A DNA stretch of 64,000 nucleotides from assembly GCA_000708835.1 (NCBI GenBank), contig DF237427.1:4654-68653 (forward strand). Reading direction: 5' to 3'. This DNA is from Klebsormidium nitens (taxonomy: Eukaryota > Plantae > Klebsormidiophyceae). Shown piece by piece: positions 12,571-24,200 of this stretch. Position 1 is the stretch's first letter. Each line of letters starts with the position of its first letter. The notes under the pieces were generated by a model that saw nothing but the letters and a program-made list of their open reading frames with translations, did no database searches and had not been told where the DNA came from. The position numbers and the translations under genes are program-made.

Positions 12571-15233
12571 CGCAAGAAGAAGGACTGGAGCTTGGACGCC
12601 TTACAATGCCCAGCTGCTCAGCTGCCAGCTGCAGTTCAATTGTCTTTGAAGGTTAGAAGGTGGTACTCTAATAGTATTAGTAATGATGATAGTATTAGTC
12701 GTAGTGGTACAGTACTCTTAGCCTTTAGGTATACCGGGTAGTACCTAGAGGCTAGATGGGTCTTGCATGAAGTGAGCAAGGACGAATACACAGTGCACAC
12801 TGAAGCGGGCCGGGTGGGACTTGGGTGGCAAATATACCGGTAGTAATCAACAATCACGACGGCTAGAATTAATTTCTCAGTAATAGAGGTATTCGTGACG
12901 ACACGGTATTATGTACCGGCAGGAGGAGCCAATCAAAGTCAGGAGTCAGGACGCTCAGCCAATCAAGAGCCAATCACAATGGCACAATCGGCCGGCCGTT
13001 GCGGCAGACTACCGCTAGCCGCCGGGAGCTGCCGGTAGCTGAGCGCTAGCCAGCTGTTAAAGTAGTTTGCCACGCGCCATGCCGTCAGTGCCGGCATGAC
13101 ACCGTTTTAAAACCGGTATTTGATACGGGAATGTGCGCTGTGTTTGCGATGTTTGCGGTGTTGCACGATACTGGCAACCGCCTAGTGTCTCCTGTTTATA
13201 GCCTGGGCTTGTGACTTGACTCCTAGGATTCAGAAGCCCCGGGCAACACAACTAAAAACCCTAATACCTTTGATACGCGCTCCGCACGCTACCCGCTCTT
13301 AGTAACCACCAGACTAACCCTACCCATTCGATCTTCTGATTCTTACCTGGCATCCCCTGAGGCCTTTGTGTGCTTTTGAAGACAAGCCTCTTGCGAGACA
13401 ACTTGCAGTTGCCACATATGCGCCATGCGATGTCACTGTGTTCGCTGTTTATCCTGGCAGGCTCAGCCAATCACACTGAGACCGGTCCGGATTCGAGGCT
13501 TCAGGTTTTTGAATCCGAAGTGATTCAATCGCACTCAGTCCGAAATATGTTCCAATTCACCGTCATTTACCCCGTGGGTGCTGAAGCCGGAAGTCATCGA
13601 GGATGAGAGGATCCCGCAATGGGGACCCAATGGGAATGAGGACCTGCAGAACGATGGATGCAAGTTGCAGAAGTTGATGATGAGATGATTCAACTTGCAT
13701 GATTCAACGGTCAGTTTCAACACCAGAATTATATTGTATCTCATTTGCGGACGATTTGGATCGGATTCTGGATTCGTAGTACTCTGCTGCATGCCGGGCA
13801 GACGGTGTATATATGTGACACCGTGATCGCGAGTTGTTCTGATCTCGTTCTGCAATCCGCTCAGTTAGCTTCTTGTATCTGTAGTACACCTGTCTGAGTA
13901 CTATCGACAGGGACTCTAACAAAACGGAACGGAATACTCATGTCATATACAAGAGCGAGGGAATGTCATCGATTGGCATATGTGAATATGTTGAATACCC
14001 GTTGAATATGTATTGCTCATAATTTGCTCTCAATCAGAGTCTCTTAAAGGGGACCACAATTCCGGCCCGGGATAGGGCACCTTCTCCCTAGTTTCCTCTC
14101 GACGTTGCAGTGTTGCAGCCTCAGCAATCTGCATACAGGCTCCGGAGAGTCCGATCTTACCAAGGTCTCAATTACTTAAGCCTAGGGAGTCGAAGTTAAA
14201 GAGCAGGCTAGTGACCATCAGTGACCACGTAAAGGAATACGCTGAGTCGGCCCCAATGAAGCCTGCTGCCCGATACTGCCAATATAGTCGCCGCCGCGCC
14301 GCTGGCCCACACGCGGGCCCGCTAACTAGTATCTGTGACTTCGAGGTATTCATGCAGCCCGCGGCCACCCTCCGGCTCATGCCCTGCCTCATGCCACCCA
14401 TCCATGCACCCAGCTGTATCTGACAGAAATGATTAGTAATTAGGGCCGAAACAGGCCCCGGCTGCAGCCGACACCACTGGGGGAGTACGTACTACAATTG
14501 TACTAACAAGTGCGACAGGCGGCCGTGACCTTCAACAATATATTCAACTGACATGCAACATATGGTGCCGGCCAGTACGTGTGGCACGCGGCGCCGGAAT
14601 GCCACAAGACCTGGCATGCATAATTTAACGTCTACCGCATGCCAGGACTCTACCTAAGCTAGCACGCACGGCAAGACGTACCAGTTCAAATACTATTGAC
14701 GTACCAGTTCAACTATTCGATGGCAACCGGACCGCGGCCGCAGTCACGTTCCCCGCGGCGCAAATGACCCGCGGCGCCATCATTTGCACGTCTACTAAGC
14801 TCCCACGTCGTTACGACGACCGCCAGGCTACGTGGTACGTCAATGTAAGTCGAGCTGCAATCAGCTAGTGGCAGGAGCGGCCGGCTTTACTTAGGCGCCA
14901 TGCAAGATTGAACATGATGTTTGTGATCGAACTCAACGGCTGCGAACACGCACCGAGACTCCCGACCAGCTAGAGACTTTCAGTCTACAGTGGCTGCTGC
15001 GCCATATTCACAAGATCGGCCGTTTAATTCCTTCCACAAAAACCCACAACGCGTTTTCGCCCGTTGCGCCTTAGTCCCACTAGTTTCTTCCCATCAAGTT
15101 CTTCTTTAGACACCGCCGATTCTATATCTACGGTGGGCACTCAATTGTCTCGACGGAATGTCGCTGAAGCTGTCTCCGGCACCGTCCGACACTGCGCAAC
15201 GAGAGCATCATGCAAGCTCCCTATTCGAGATGA

Positions 15234-18200
15234 CTACCTTGTTTCATCTTGCAAGGCTCTTGCGGCTTGCTGGATCCGTGCGCGCTCCTCAGCGACGAGC
15301 CTAGCCGCCTCGCCGGACCCACTCCCTAACTCAAGCTTCCGCTTCACGACATCCCGGTATCCTGACACCGTATCACTCCTCGTCAAGCCCCGGGCAGTTC
15401 TTCCGAGCGGGCTCTCACCCTCACTATACTCGACCAAGGGCGACTTGGAGAGTCGCCGGTAACCATCCTCCGAGTCGGACGTCGCGGTTCCCCGCGGCAC
15501 CCAGTCAGGGGACAGCATCGACTGGGAGTGATTAACTGTCCCCGGAAGAACGACACCAGGCCGGTTGCCAGTCTCCCTCCGTTCCAACACCGCGGCCGCA
15601 GCCGCTAACCGCCCCGGCGTCGAACCCTCAGCTCCTAGTGGGGGCCGTTTCGGTGTGCTCTGCTGACTCGCCGCCCGAGAGGCAGCTTGCAGACCTTTTA
15701 TCGCCTCTAGTTGCTGTTGTAGCCGCTCTTCCCATTGAGCCCTCGCCTTCTGCTGTTGCTCCAACCGAGGAATCAAGGCCTCTCCCCCGGGGGCGTTCGC
15801 GAGCTCCGCCAACTCCCGGTCCTCTTCCGCCATCCGCTCGAGGTCGTTCCGGAGCTCCGCCAGAGCGGAACGGACTTCCTCTGCGTCCGCCATACTCTTG
15901 ACCACCGTTTCCACACGTGCTAACCGCCCCTCGCTAGCGGCGGCCGCGCTTGCTAACGCCCGGAGCAGGCTCTCCACACCGGATTTGCCGCTCCGCTTGA
16001 ACGACCGAGAAGCGGAAAGCGAGGATGACGACAGATTGTGACGCAAAGTGCTCTCCCAAGGGTCCGATGCCGCCTTGGGTCGTGCCCCGCCTTCGGCCGC
16101 GCTTCGGTCTCTCGGGGGGGGCAGATCACGGGTGTTTAAAAGGGGGGACTCAGGGACCGGAGCAGGGGGGGGACGGCTAGCGGAATCGAGGGAGGAGTTG
16201 GGAGTGCGACGGCGGGTAGGGCTGGTGACGGACCGGAGGCGTTGCACGACCTGTAAGAAAAGGGCGCGAAATGCTCAAAAGATGCGTTGGACAGAGAAGG
16301 CGACATGGGGGCAGTAGGTGCTGGTGGAGAATTCGCCGTAACAATATGACGGCATGACCAGAACGGCAGGGCTCAGAGACGGTGATTTGTGTGGTGTAGA
16401 AACGAGTCTGAGGACCAGCATCCGGCGGATGTCATCCAACAAAGTCAGTTTAAAAACCACAAGCGACTAGAAAAGTCCTGCTTCAGCCAGAGCTAACAAG
16501 GAGAAGTCCCGCTGATCCTGCTCGATGACGGGCCCGGTGAGTCTGGAACAAAGAACTCGAATGCTAGAACGCAAAACAGCATAACGGCGAATTGGGGAAA
16601 GGAAAGGTTGCACAACTGATACTGCCCTTGGAGCAATATTCAGAACTCTTGATCTCCTGCCCCTGATTTTCTAAACGAAAATCCTTGTCGACGGCCACCT
16701 GACGGCTGCGCAGGTCCTTGTTAAGCGGGAGCCCAAGTATCTCCAGACTAGAGATAAAACCCATAAGTCTCAAAAAGCCCGTAAGACTTGACCTCTGTTT
16801 GCTCAAATCCAAAGAGACGACACACGACAGACCTGTTCTTCGACCGCCCCTCTGTCGATGGCCGCCCGTCGGCTGCGCAGCTCCTCGTCGATCTGCTGCT
16901 CTTTCAACTGCAGCCGAGCCGCCTCCTCTTGGAGACGCGCCTCCTTCTCCGCCAGCTTTGCTGCCAAGCGCTCCTGTGTTTATAAAGGCAGAAGATGAAC
17001 AGTAGGTCGGGCAGAGACGACTATCTTTGAGCAATTCCTAATATCATGGCTCCTTCGCGAAGCGTTTATTGAAGTCGAGCGTCATCAAAGACATGTATCC
17101 TTTCCTGCCAGTTTCGCTTGAGGGTGCTCCTGGATTTGGCAAACAAAAGAAGAATGTAAGGATGCGATCTCGACTAGGTATCCCATTTTCCAAATTCTGA
17201 GTGCTCATCCTCAGTGTGCGTCCCAAGCGCTGATCCTGGATCGAAGCCGGGCTATTGGAGACGCGCTTCGTATCCTGCCAGTATTGGTGGCCGAGCGCTC
17301 CTGTGTTACATGCCCGGAATTAGTGCGCCATTCATATAGTATCACAACGTCCGCCGCGGTCAAGTTGCTAACCCTATATCAGACGTCAGAAGGACGAAAT
17401 CAGTAGATCGACTTGGAAGCGACATCATGATAAAGGTTGCTCACCTTCTCTCTCGCCGCTTCCTGCTTGACCCGCTGCTCCTTATCCTGGACCGCTTTGA
17501 GCTTCTCCCGCTTCTCCTCCTCCACAGCCGCCCTCGCCCGTTCCGCCGCTTCCTTTTCCGCTTCCGCTTCGTTCCGCTCTGTCCGGGCGGACTTCCGCTC
17601 TTCCTCTATCTCTCTCTGCCGGGCCTTGACCGTCTCTTCTCGTCGCGCGAGCTCCGACCGCTTTGTCTCTAGGTCTGCGGCATGCTCGCGGAGTTCCGTC
17701 CGCTCCTTCCTGAGGGCGGAATGCTCCGAGCGGAGCCGCTCTTGCTCCTCTTCAAGCTCCGCCCACCTGTCAGGGGAAAAACATGATCTTATGCTCTTTT
17801 TTGGGAAGAAAAGTGAAAAGCTTTCCCATGGGAAAGAACCGAGCACTTGGTCGATCAATAAGCTTCGTAGCAGAACCAGAAACCAATCAGTGAGGGAAAG
17901 AGCTTTTGAAGTCCCAAAATAGCTGGCGAAGTGGAGCCAACCACCAGCTCAGCAGATTTGTCTAGCAGCGTCTCCTCCCTCAAAGGTCTGGCCGCTGTTG
18001 TATCGCCTCAATAGAGTCGAAGCTTCGAACTTACGTACAGAAACGTGTGCGTTCTTTATCACTTAGAGAGTTCCTTATCCAGCACCGCCCCTTCTACTTC
18101 CGCCTTGGCCACCTTGAGTCGCCGCGTGTCAGCTTCAAACACAATAAGCATGTGGGAGGGGGAGGGAACTTTGATAACGAACTCCAGAAGATTGTGCGTC

Positions 18201-21200
18201 GGCTTTCCTCCTCACTACTTCCGCATCCTTGTCTAGAACCGCTCGTTCCACCTCCCCCCTTGGCCGCCTTGAGTCGCCGCGTTTTCAGTTTTGAAACAAA
18301 ACGAGCATATGGGCGGGGGTTGGGAACTCAACAAGGAACTCCAGAACATTGTTCGTCGGCTTACCTTTTAGCAAGTTCCGCATCCTTGTCCAAAACCGCT
18401 CCTTCCACCTCGGCCTTTGCCGCTATGAGTTGCAGCGTGTCAGCTTGAAGCAGAATGAGCCTCTGAAGCAAGGGGGCGGACACAGAAAAAGTAACCAAAA
18501 TTTTGCGCGTCAGTTTACCATTTAGCGAGTTCCGCATCCTTGTCCAAAACAGCCCCTTCAACCTCCGCCTTTGCCGCCTTGAGTCGCCGCGTGTCCCCCT
18601 CTATGCGTTCCCTCTCCCGCGCCTGCCGCTCTGCAGTTGCCTGCGCCTCGGCGACCATTCCCCGGGCGGCCTTCAACTGCGCCGCGGCGGCTGCTTGAGT
18701 CTCGGCGACAGTTTTCTTTTCTTCTTCCTGCAAAAGGAATCAAGGCATATTATCACTTCTCTCTACTCTTGAATCTTCGGGTGTTCAATGAGCAACCTGT
18801 TTGGCCAGGTCCAGCGCGAAAAGGTCAGGACAGATACGCTCGGAGAAGCCTACACTGCGGTGACCATTCCTGGGCAGCCTTCTATCTGAGCAGTCGCCAG
18901 CCGCTTGAGTGTTCATGACCGCGCGCTTCACGTCCTTTGATAAAGAAGACGAAACCAGTTTCCCAAGATCGCGCACTTCTTCCCCAAGCCGTAAAGCTGA
19001 TCACCCTGAAACCCTTAACTCTAAGAAACATAGTCATTCCCAAAGAAAGGAAAAACAACCGATGTTAAGAATCTATCTAAGTTTGGACAGAGGACTGGGA
19101 GCAAGTAAAGGCATATGCTTATGATGGCCCCGTTCCGGAGGAATCGTCTCTGCACTTGTCCGCACTTCGGCGACCAATACCCGAACGCTGCAGCTGCGTG
19201 TTCAATTTAAATGTTTGAGCGACCAACAAAGAGGAGACAAAAGCCCTGGAAAAATGAAACAAGACTTACCAGCTCCTTTTTCTTCCCCTCCAGTTCTTCC
19301 TCCGCCCTCTGCAGCTTTGCCTTCAGCCGCGCCTGTTCCTCCTCCCTCTCTTTTCTCCTCTTCTCTAGTTGTCGCTCCTTCTCTTCGACGACCTCCAGCC
19401 GTCTCGCGGCCGCCTGCTGCGCCTCCTCCGCGCGCTCCTCCAAAGCGCGCGCGCGCTCGGCGCGCGCTTCCAGCTCCTGGCTGCGGAAGGAGGTCTTCTC
19501 CTCGGTGGTCATGAACTCCCGCTTCATCTGCATTTCAAGATGTGCTTGCTTGATTGTACGTACATGTTATTAAGAAAATCGTTTTACTTTTTCGTTATCT
19601 GTTTGAGAAGACAGGAACGCTTTGATTATGTATATTTAGACAGTCCGTTCCAAACGGTTCCAGCTCCGGGCTGCGAAAGCCGGTCTTCTCCTCGGTTCCT
19701 ATGGATCCTCGCTATGTCTTTAAAGTCGGAAACGCTGGCAGTAATGATACAGTTGCGGAAAGTGGCGGCGCTATCTGATAGAATGAAAGTCGACTTCAGA
19801 CACGAACTGCCGGTTTTTTAGCTGAGGAAGGCGGTTTCCTTGGTCGGTGATACTGAATATCCCTCACATCTGCAAGCGGACTCAAAAGCGAAAGCATTTA
19901 AATTTTGCGAGGTAAGCCGAGAGGTTACGGTGATAAGAACGAGAATGTCAACACGAGCGTCGATTCAGAAAGCTTTCACCTCGCGCCCTAACTGCACAGA
20001 CGGGCCTTCCACTTTGAAAAACCTCTGGTACCGGGACCCTCGGCCGGATATATCCCATCCAATGATCCAAAAGAACATCAAAGCAGAGGTTCGCCTCAAC
20101 AGTTGTGAACAAACGCCATCAAGAGCACCGCAACCAGTTACCTGCGACTCTCTCTGCGCCATCTCCTTCTCCCGCCTCGCCATAAGTTGCTCCAACCGGG
20201 TAGCCGCTTCTTCCCGGTTAGCCACTTTCGCAGCCAGTTCCTCCACCGCTGACTCTCGGGCCCGAACCTCCGCGAGAGCCCCTTCAAGTTTCCGGGCCTC
20301 CTCTTTCGCGGCCGCCTCGCGCAGATTGGCGTCCTGTAGAGAAACGAGCTGACGTCTCAGCAACTGTCCTTTCTTAGGTTCCATACTGTTACTGCCAACT
20401 TCCGGGCACAAACGCCTGCGAGAGCCGCTTCGAGCTTTTTGGCCACTCCTTCTGCGGCCGCTTCGCGCAGATGGCGTTCTAAAAAGCAAGGAGGGGACGT
20501 TCAAGGCAAGCAGCTGGCGTCTAAGGGCATTATCGTGTTCGTCGACGTGTGTGCTTTGACGTGCGCCAGATACGCTTCGAATATCAAATAGGCAGGTCTC
20601 TTCTTTCGCGACTGTCTCGCGCGTTTTACCGCCTAAAGACGTTGTGTGAGCGCAAACTAAGGTCAGCGTATGTCACAAGTCTGGTGCCCTGGATGTGCAT
20701 CAATCACGGCTTCGCATCCGCCGACAGCCGCCTTCAGAGAGTGTCCGGACGAGCAAAGAAAGGTCATTAGAGAGCATCAGCGTATCGACGCAGCAACGCA
20801 TGCAACCACCGAGCTCACTGAAGAGAAGAAGCGAGCGAACTGCAGTGGAAGCTCTCGCAGCCGCTCTCTCACAGCAAGCTCTTTGTCACTTTGCCTCCCG
20901 CCTTCTCTGGGTTTGATTCGTACTTTGATTCGTAGTTTGATTCGTAGTTTGATTAGTAGCTGCAAGTATATGCTCCTAATAGATTGGAATTTTTGGACTG
21001 CGAAGCCAATCACAAAATCGGTCGCACGCTCTTCTGTCATAGCAGCCAGCCCTTCTTTTCGCTAAGCTGGTCGCTTCCGCTGCTGCCCACTTCGGCTTTC
21101 CAGCAGCTGAAACCTTCCCCAAACCAGAGCGGCAAGGCTTTCATAAGGAGTCCCGATCTTAGAGAGCATTCTCACCTGCTCTCTTTTCCTCGCGGCCAGC

Positions 21201-24200
21201 TCTTTCTTCTCTGCTATGCTTCCCGCCTCCGCTGCTGCCGCCTTCAACTTCTCGGCCGCCACCTTTTCGTCCAGTGCCCGCTCCTCTGCTTTCCGCGCCT
21301 CGGATCGCAGAGTCTGTCCTTCTAGTTCCAGCTGAAGAGAGCAGACAAGGAATGACGTCAGAGAACCCGTCATGGTCTGTAGCTTGGGAACCATTTCGAG
21401 CGCGAAGGTCGTGATTACGGCCGTTTGAAGAGCCGAGAGAGAAGCTACCCTTCAATGCCCACCTCTGTTTCACAAGGCGTGACACAAGCATGTGAGGAGT
21501 GCTGCTTGTTCAACTCTCAAACGTGTCTAACTCCCGCTTTGCTGCACAGTTTCAGTGTTCAAGACCAGGAGTTTAGAGGCCCCAAGGGCTCGACGGGGTG
21601 CATTGCGATCGATTAGACGTGTTCCAGCCTCCAATGCTACTCATACTTGATTCCAATGCTTTTCACATCATTCAGAAGAAGGTAGTCCTTCCATAACCCG
21701 GTTGACTATCGTCTCTGGGTCATAAAAAACGTTCCTCGTGCCTTTGCGAGGAGAAACTTTTCAAACAGTGGCGACAAGCCTCTTTTTGGATTCTCTGAAA
21801 GAAACGCTGGTTGTCTCGCGCGCTCTCGTCGATTTTTGCAGTGTCCTGGAGCTTTCCCCCTGACCTGGAGATCCTGAGATAGAGTTGAGCAACCTTTGGT
21901 TCAGCAGAATAGAAAGCGACTCGCTCCTCACCTCGTCTCGATCTAGCCGCAGCTTGTCCTGTCCGCTCTTGAGCGCCCTCTCCCGCTCTTCGCACTTCTC
22001 TTCCCGCACTTTCATCAGCTCGCTGCTCCCTATAGCGTCCCGTTTCAAGCGCTCCTCTTCCGCTGCTACTGACCGCTCCCGCCTGGCGACTTCCGCTAAA
22101 GCAGTGCCAGTTTCAGCGCGTTCTTTCCTCGCTGCTTCCAACGCCAAACGACCCTCTGCAGAGCGGGAAGGATCGATGTTTAGGCCTGCTTTTCTTCTGA
22201 TGATACTCAGCTTTTTATGCTTGGAGTTTTAGGTGTAACATCTCTTTTTCTGCTGTTACTGACCACTCTCGCCGTGCCACCTCAGCAAGGACGGTACCAG
22301 TCTCCGCGCGTTCTTTTCCGGCGGCTTCTAAAGGCAGACGACCCTCTGGAAAGAAAAGAAACATCTAGTTTGGAGCTATTCAGGGTGTAGATTAGTCTCC
22401 GTTCGATGTTTCGAGCCTTCTGACAGATGGCTCTATTGCTGTCACTGACCGCTCCCTTCTTGTGACTTCCGCCAGACCAGTTGCGCTTCAGAGCGTTTTT
22501 TCCTTGCGGCTTGGAACGCGAGACGACCTCTGCAAAGATCAAGGGATGTGATTTTCGGACTTTTCGAAATATTGGATACTTTGTTCCAACGCTCGAGCTT
22601 TTGGTTAACGGGTCTTCATTTGCTGCCACGGACCGCTTTCGCCGCGTCCCGTCACCAAGGGCGGTACCCGCCTCAGCGCGTTCTTTCCTAGCGGCTTCTA
22701 ACGCCTGACGACCCTCCTGTTTAAGGTTGGAAAGGAGGTTTGAGATAAGTTGCGTGCACATTTCGTGTATTTGAGGAACGCAAACGGCTTTTCTTCCGCC
22801 CATACCGAGCGCCCTCGCCGTGCCACGTCAGCAAGGGCAGTGCACGTCTCAGCGCGCCCTTTTCGTGCGGCTTCTAAAGCCGGACGTCAATTTGGAAAGA
22901 AAGAAGCAACTATTCATGGTTTGAATGGTCCGGGTATACGGCTTTGGCTTCTGGTGCACCGCTCCTCTTCCGCTGCTACATAACGCTCCGGTCGCGCCAC
23001 AACCGGGCGATTGTCTTGCGGCTTCATACGCCAGACGACCCTTTGATCGAGGTTGGGAAGGGCAATCTGACAACTGAATAGGATGACGGATTCTGCTTAA
23101 TGGTTAATGGCACCTCGTGTGAGCGACTAGACACTCCTGCCGGGCCACCTCGGTATAGGCGACTGGCTCAAAATCTCTTTTTGCGCCGCTTTCAGAGCGG
23201 CTGACATGATGAACGTTACGACGAAGCAACTTTTGGGCAAGAGTAACTCGTAGGGGTCAGGCGACTTTGACGAATTTGCAGCCGCAGCTTACAAAACATA
23301 AATACAAACGGGTCGAGATAGCGGAAGTACGCACCACGGATTCTTGAATCCAGGCTGACCAGCCTCTTTTCCCGTGTGCGGTTTCCACGATCAGGGGACG
23401 ATCAACTGAAACAAACCGGATGGTCCGGCTTTCTAAAGATAACGACAGCAAAAACGTTGCCCAAGTGAGGGGAGCCACGTGCCCTTACCTGCCAGCATCT
23501 TGGCAGCCTTCTCCTCCCGTCGCGCGTTTTCTTCGCCCATTGACTCCTCCCGTGCCTCGATCTCCCGCTTCAGCGACTCCATCTCCTTGCTCTGGAAAAA
23601 CAGAAACGCGGTGTCAATGTAAGAGATGCTCAAACATGACTTGGGACTGGATCTGAAGTGCGACGTTGTTGGACGGACGGTCGGCCAGCATCTTTCTTTC
23701 AGCGACTCCATCTACTCGTTGAGGAAAGCAGAAATGTGGTGCCAAAGGAGCTGGTCTGATTTGGATCACAAGAGAGGGTTGCCGTTAGAGGACTCTCTCG
23801 TTGAGCAGGAACCGAGAAGAGAGGTTTCGCTCCCGAAACACCCTGAAAAGAGAGTTTTGTCACACGATTGTGATAGTGACCAGCTTCGAGATCAGAAACG
23901 TCGTTGTGGAGGTCGTCCGTGTTGAGAACCGGGTTCTCCAGCAGAGACCGCCCGGTCGAAGCCAACGAATTTGCGGTGGAAAGTACCGGGATGGCTCCCG
24001 CTGTATCTTAGCCGCTCCTCCCCTTCCTTGGACGTTCTGCCGGGACTTTCGCAGTCGCTTTCAAAAGCCGACTACTTTTGAAGCTCTGACATGTTCAGCG
24101 GGCAAATGGTAAAGGGAACAAAGAACAAACATGTTTTTTTCGTTGTCCAGGAAACTGATAATGGTACGAAGTTCCGTACCCATTCTTGAGCCTCCACCGC

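Noticed and set aside
13000-15050. Compositionally distinct tract (also 5200-6070, 47700-49000, 57500-58900) as viral or TE coding sequence
   Set aside because: No long ORFs or recognisable motifs, only short direct repeats (e.g. gacgtaccagttcaa twice at 14675-14715). Probably old TE debris, but unclassifiable by eye.
15110-15236. Extra terminal exon via AG|gtagtc at 15237 spliced to gttgcgcag| near 15193
   Set aside because: The intron would be only about 45 nt and the added peptide is uninformative. The in-frame TAG at 15234-15236 is the simpler end.
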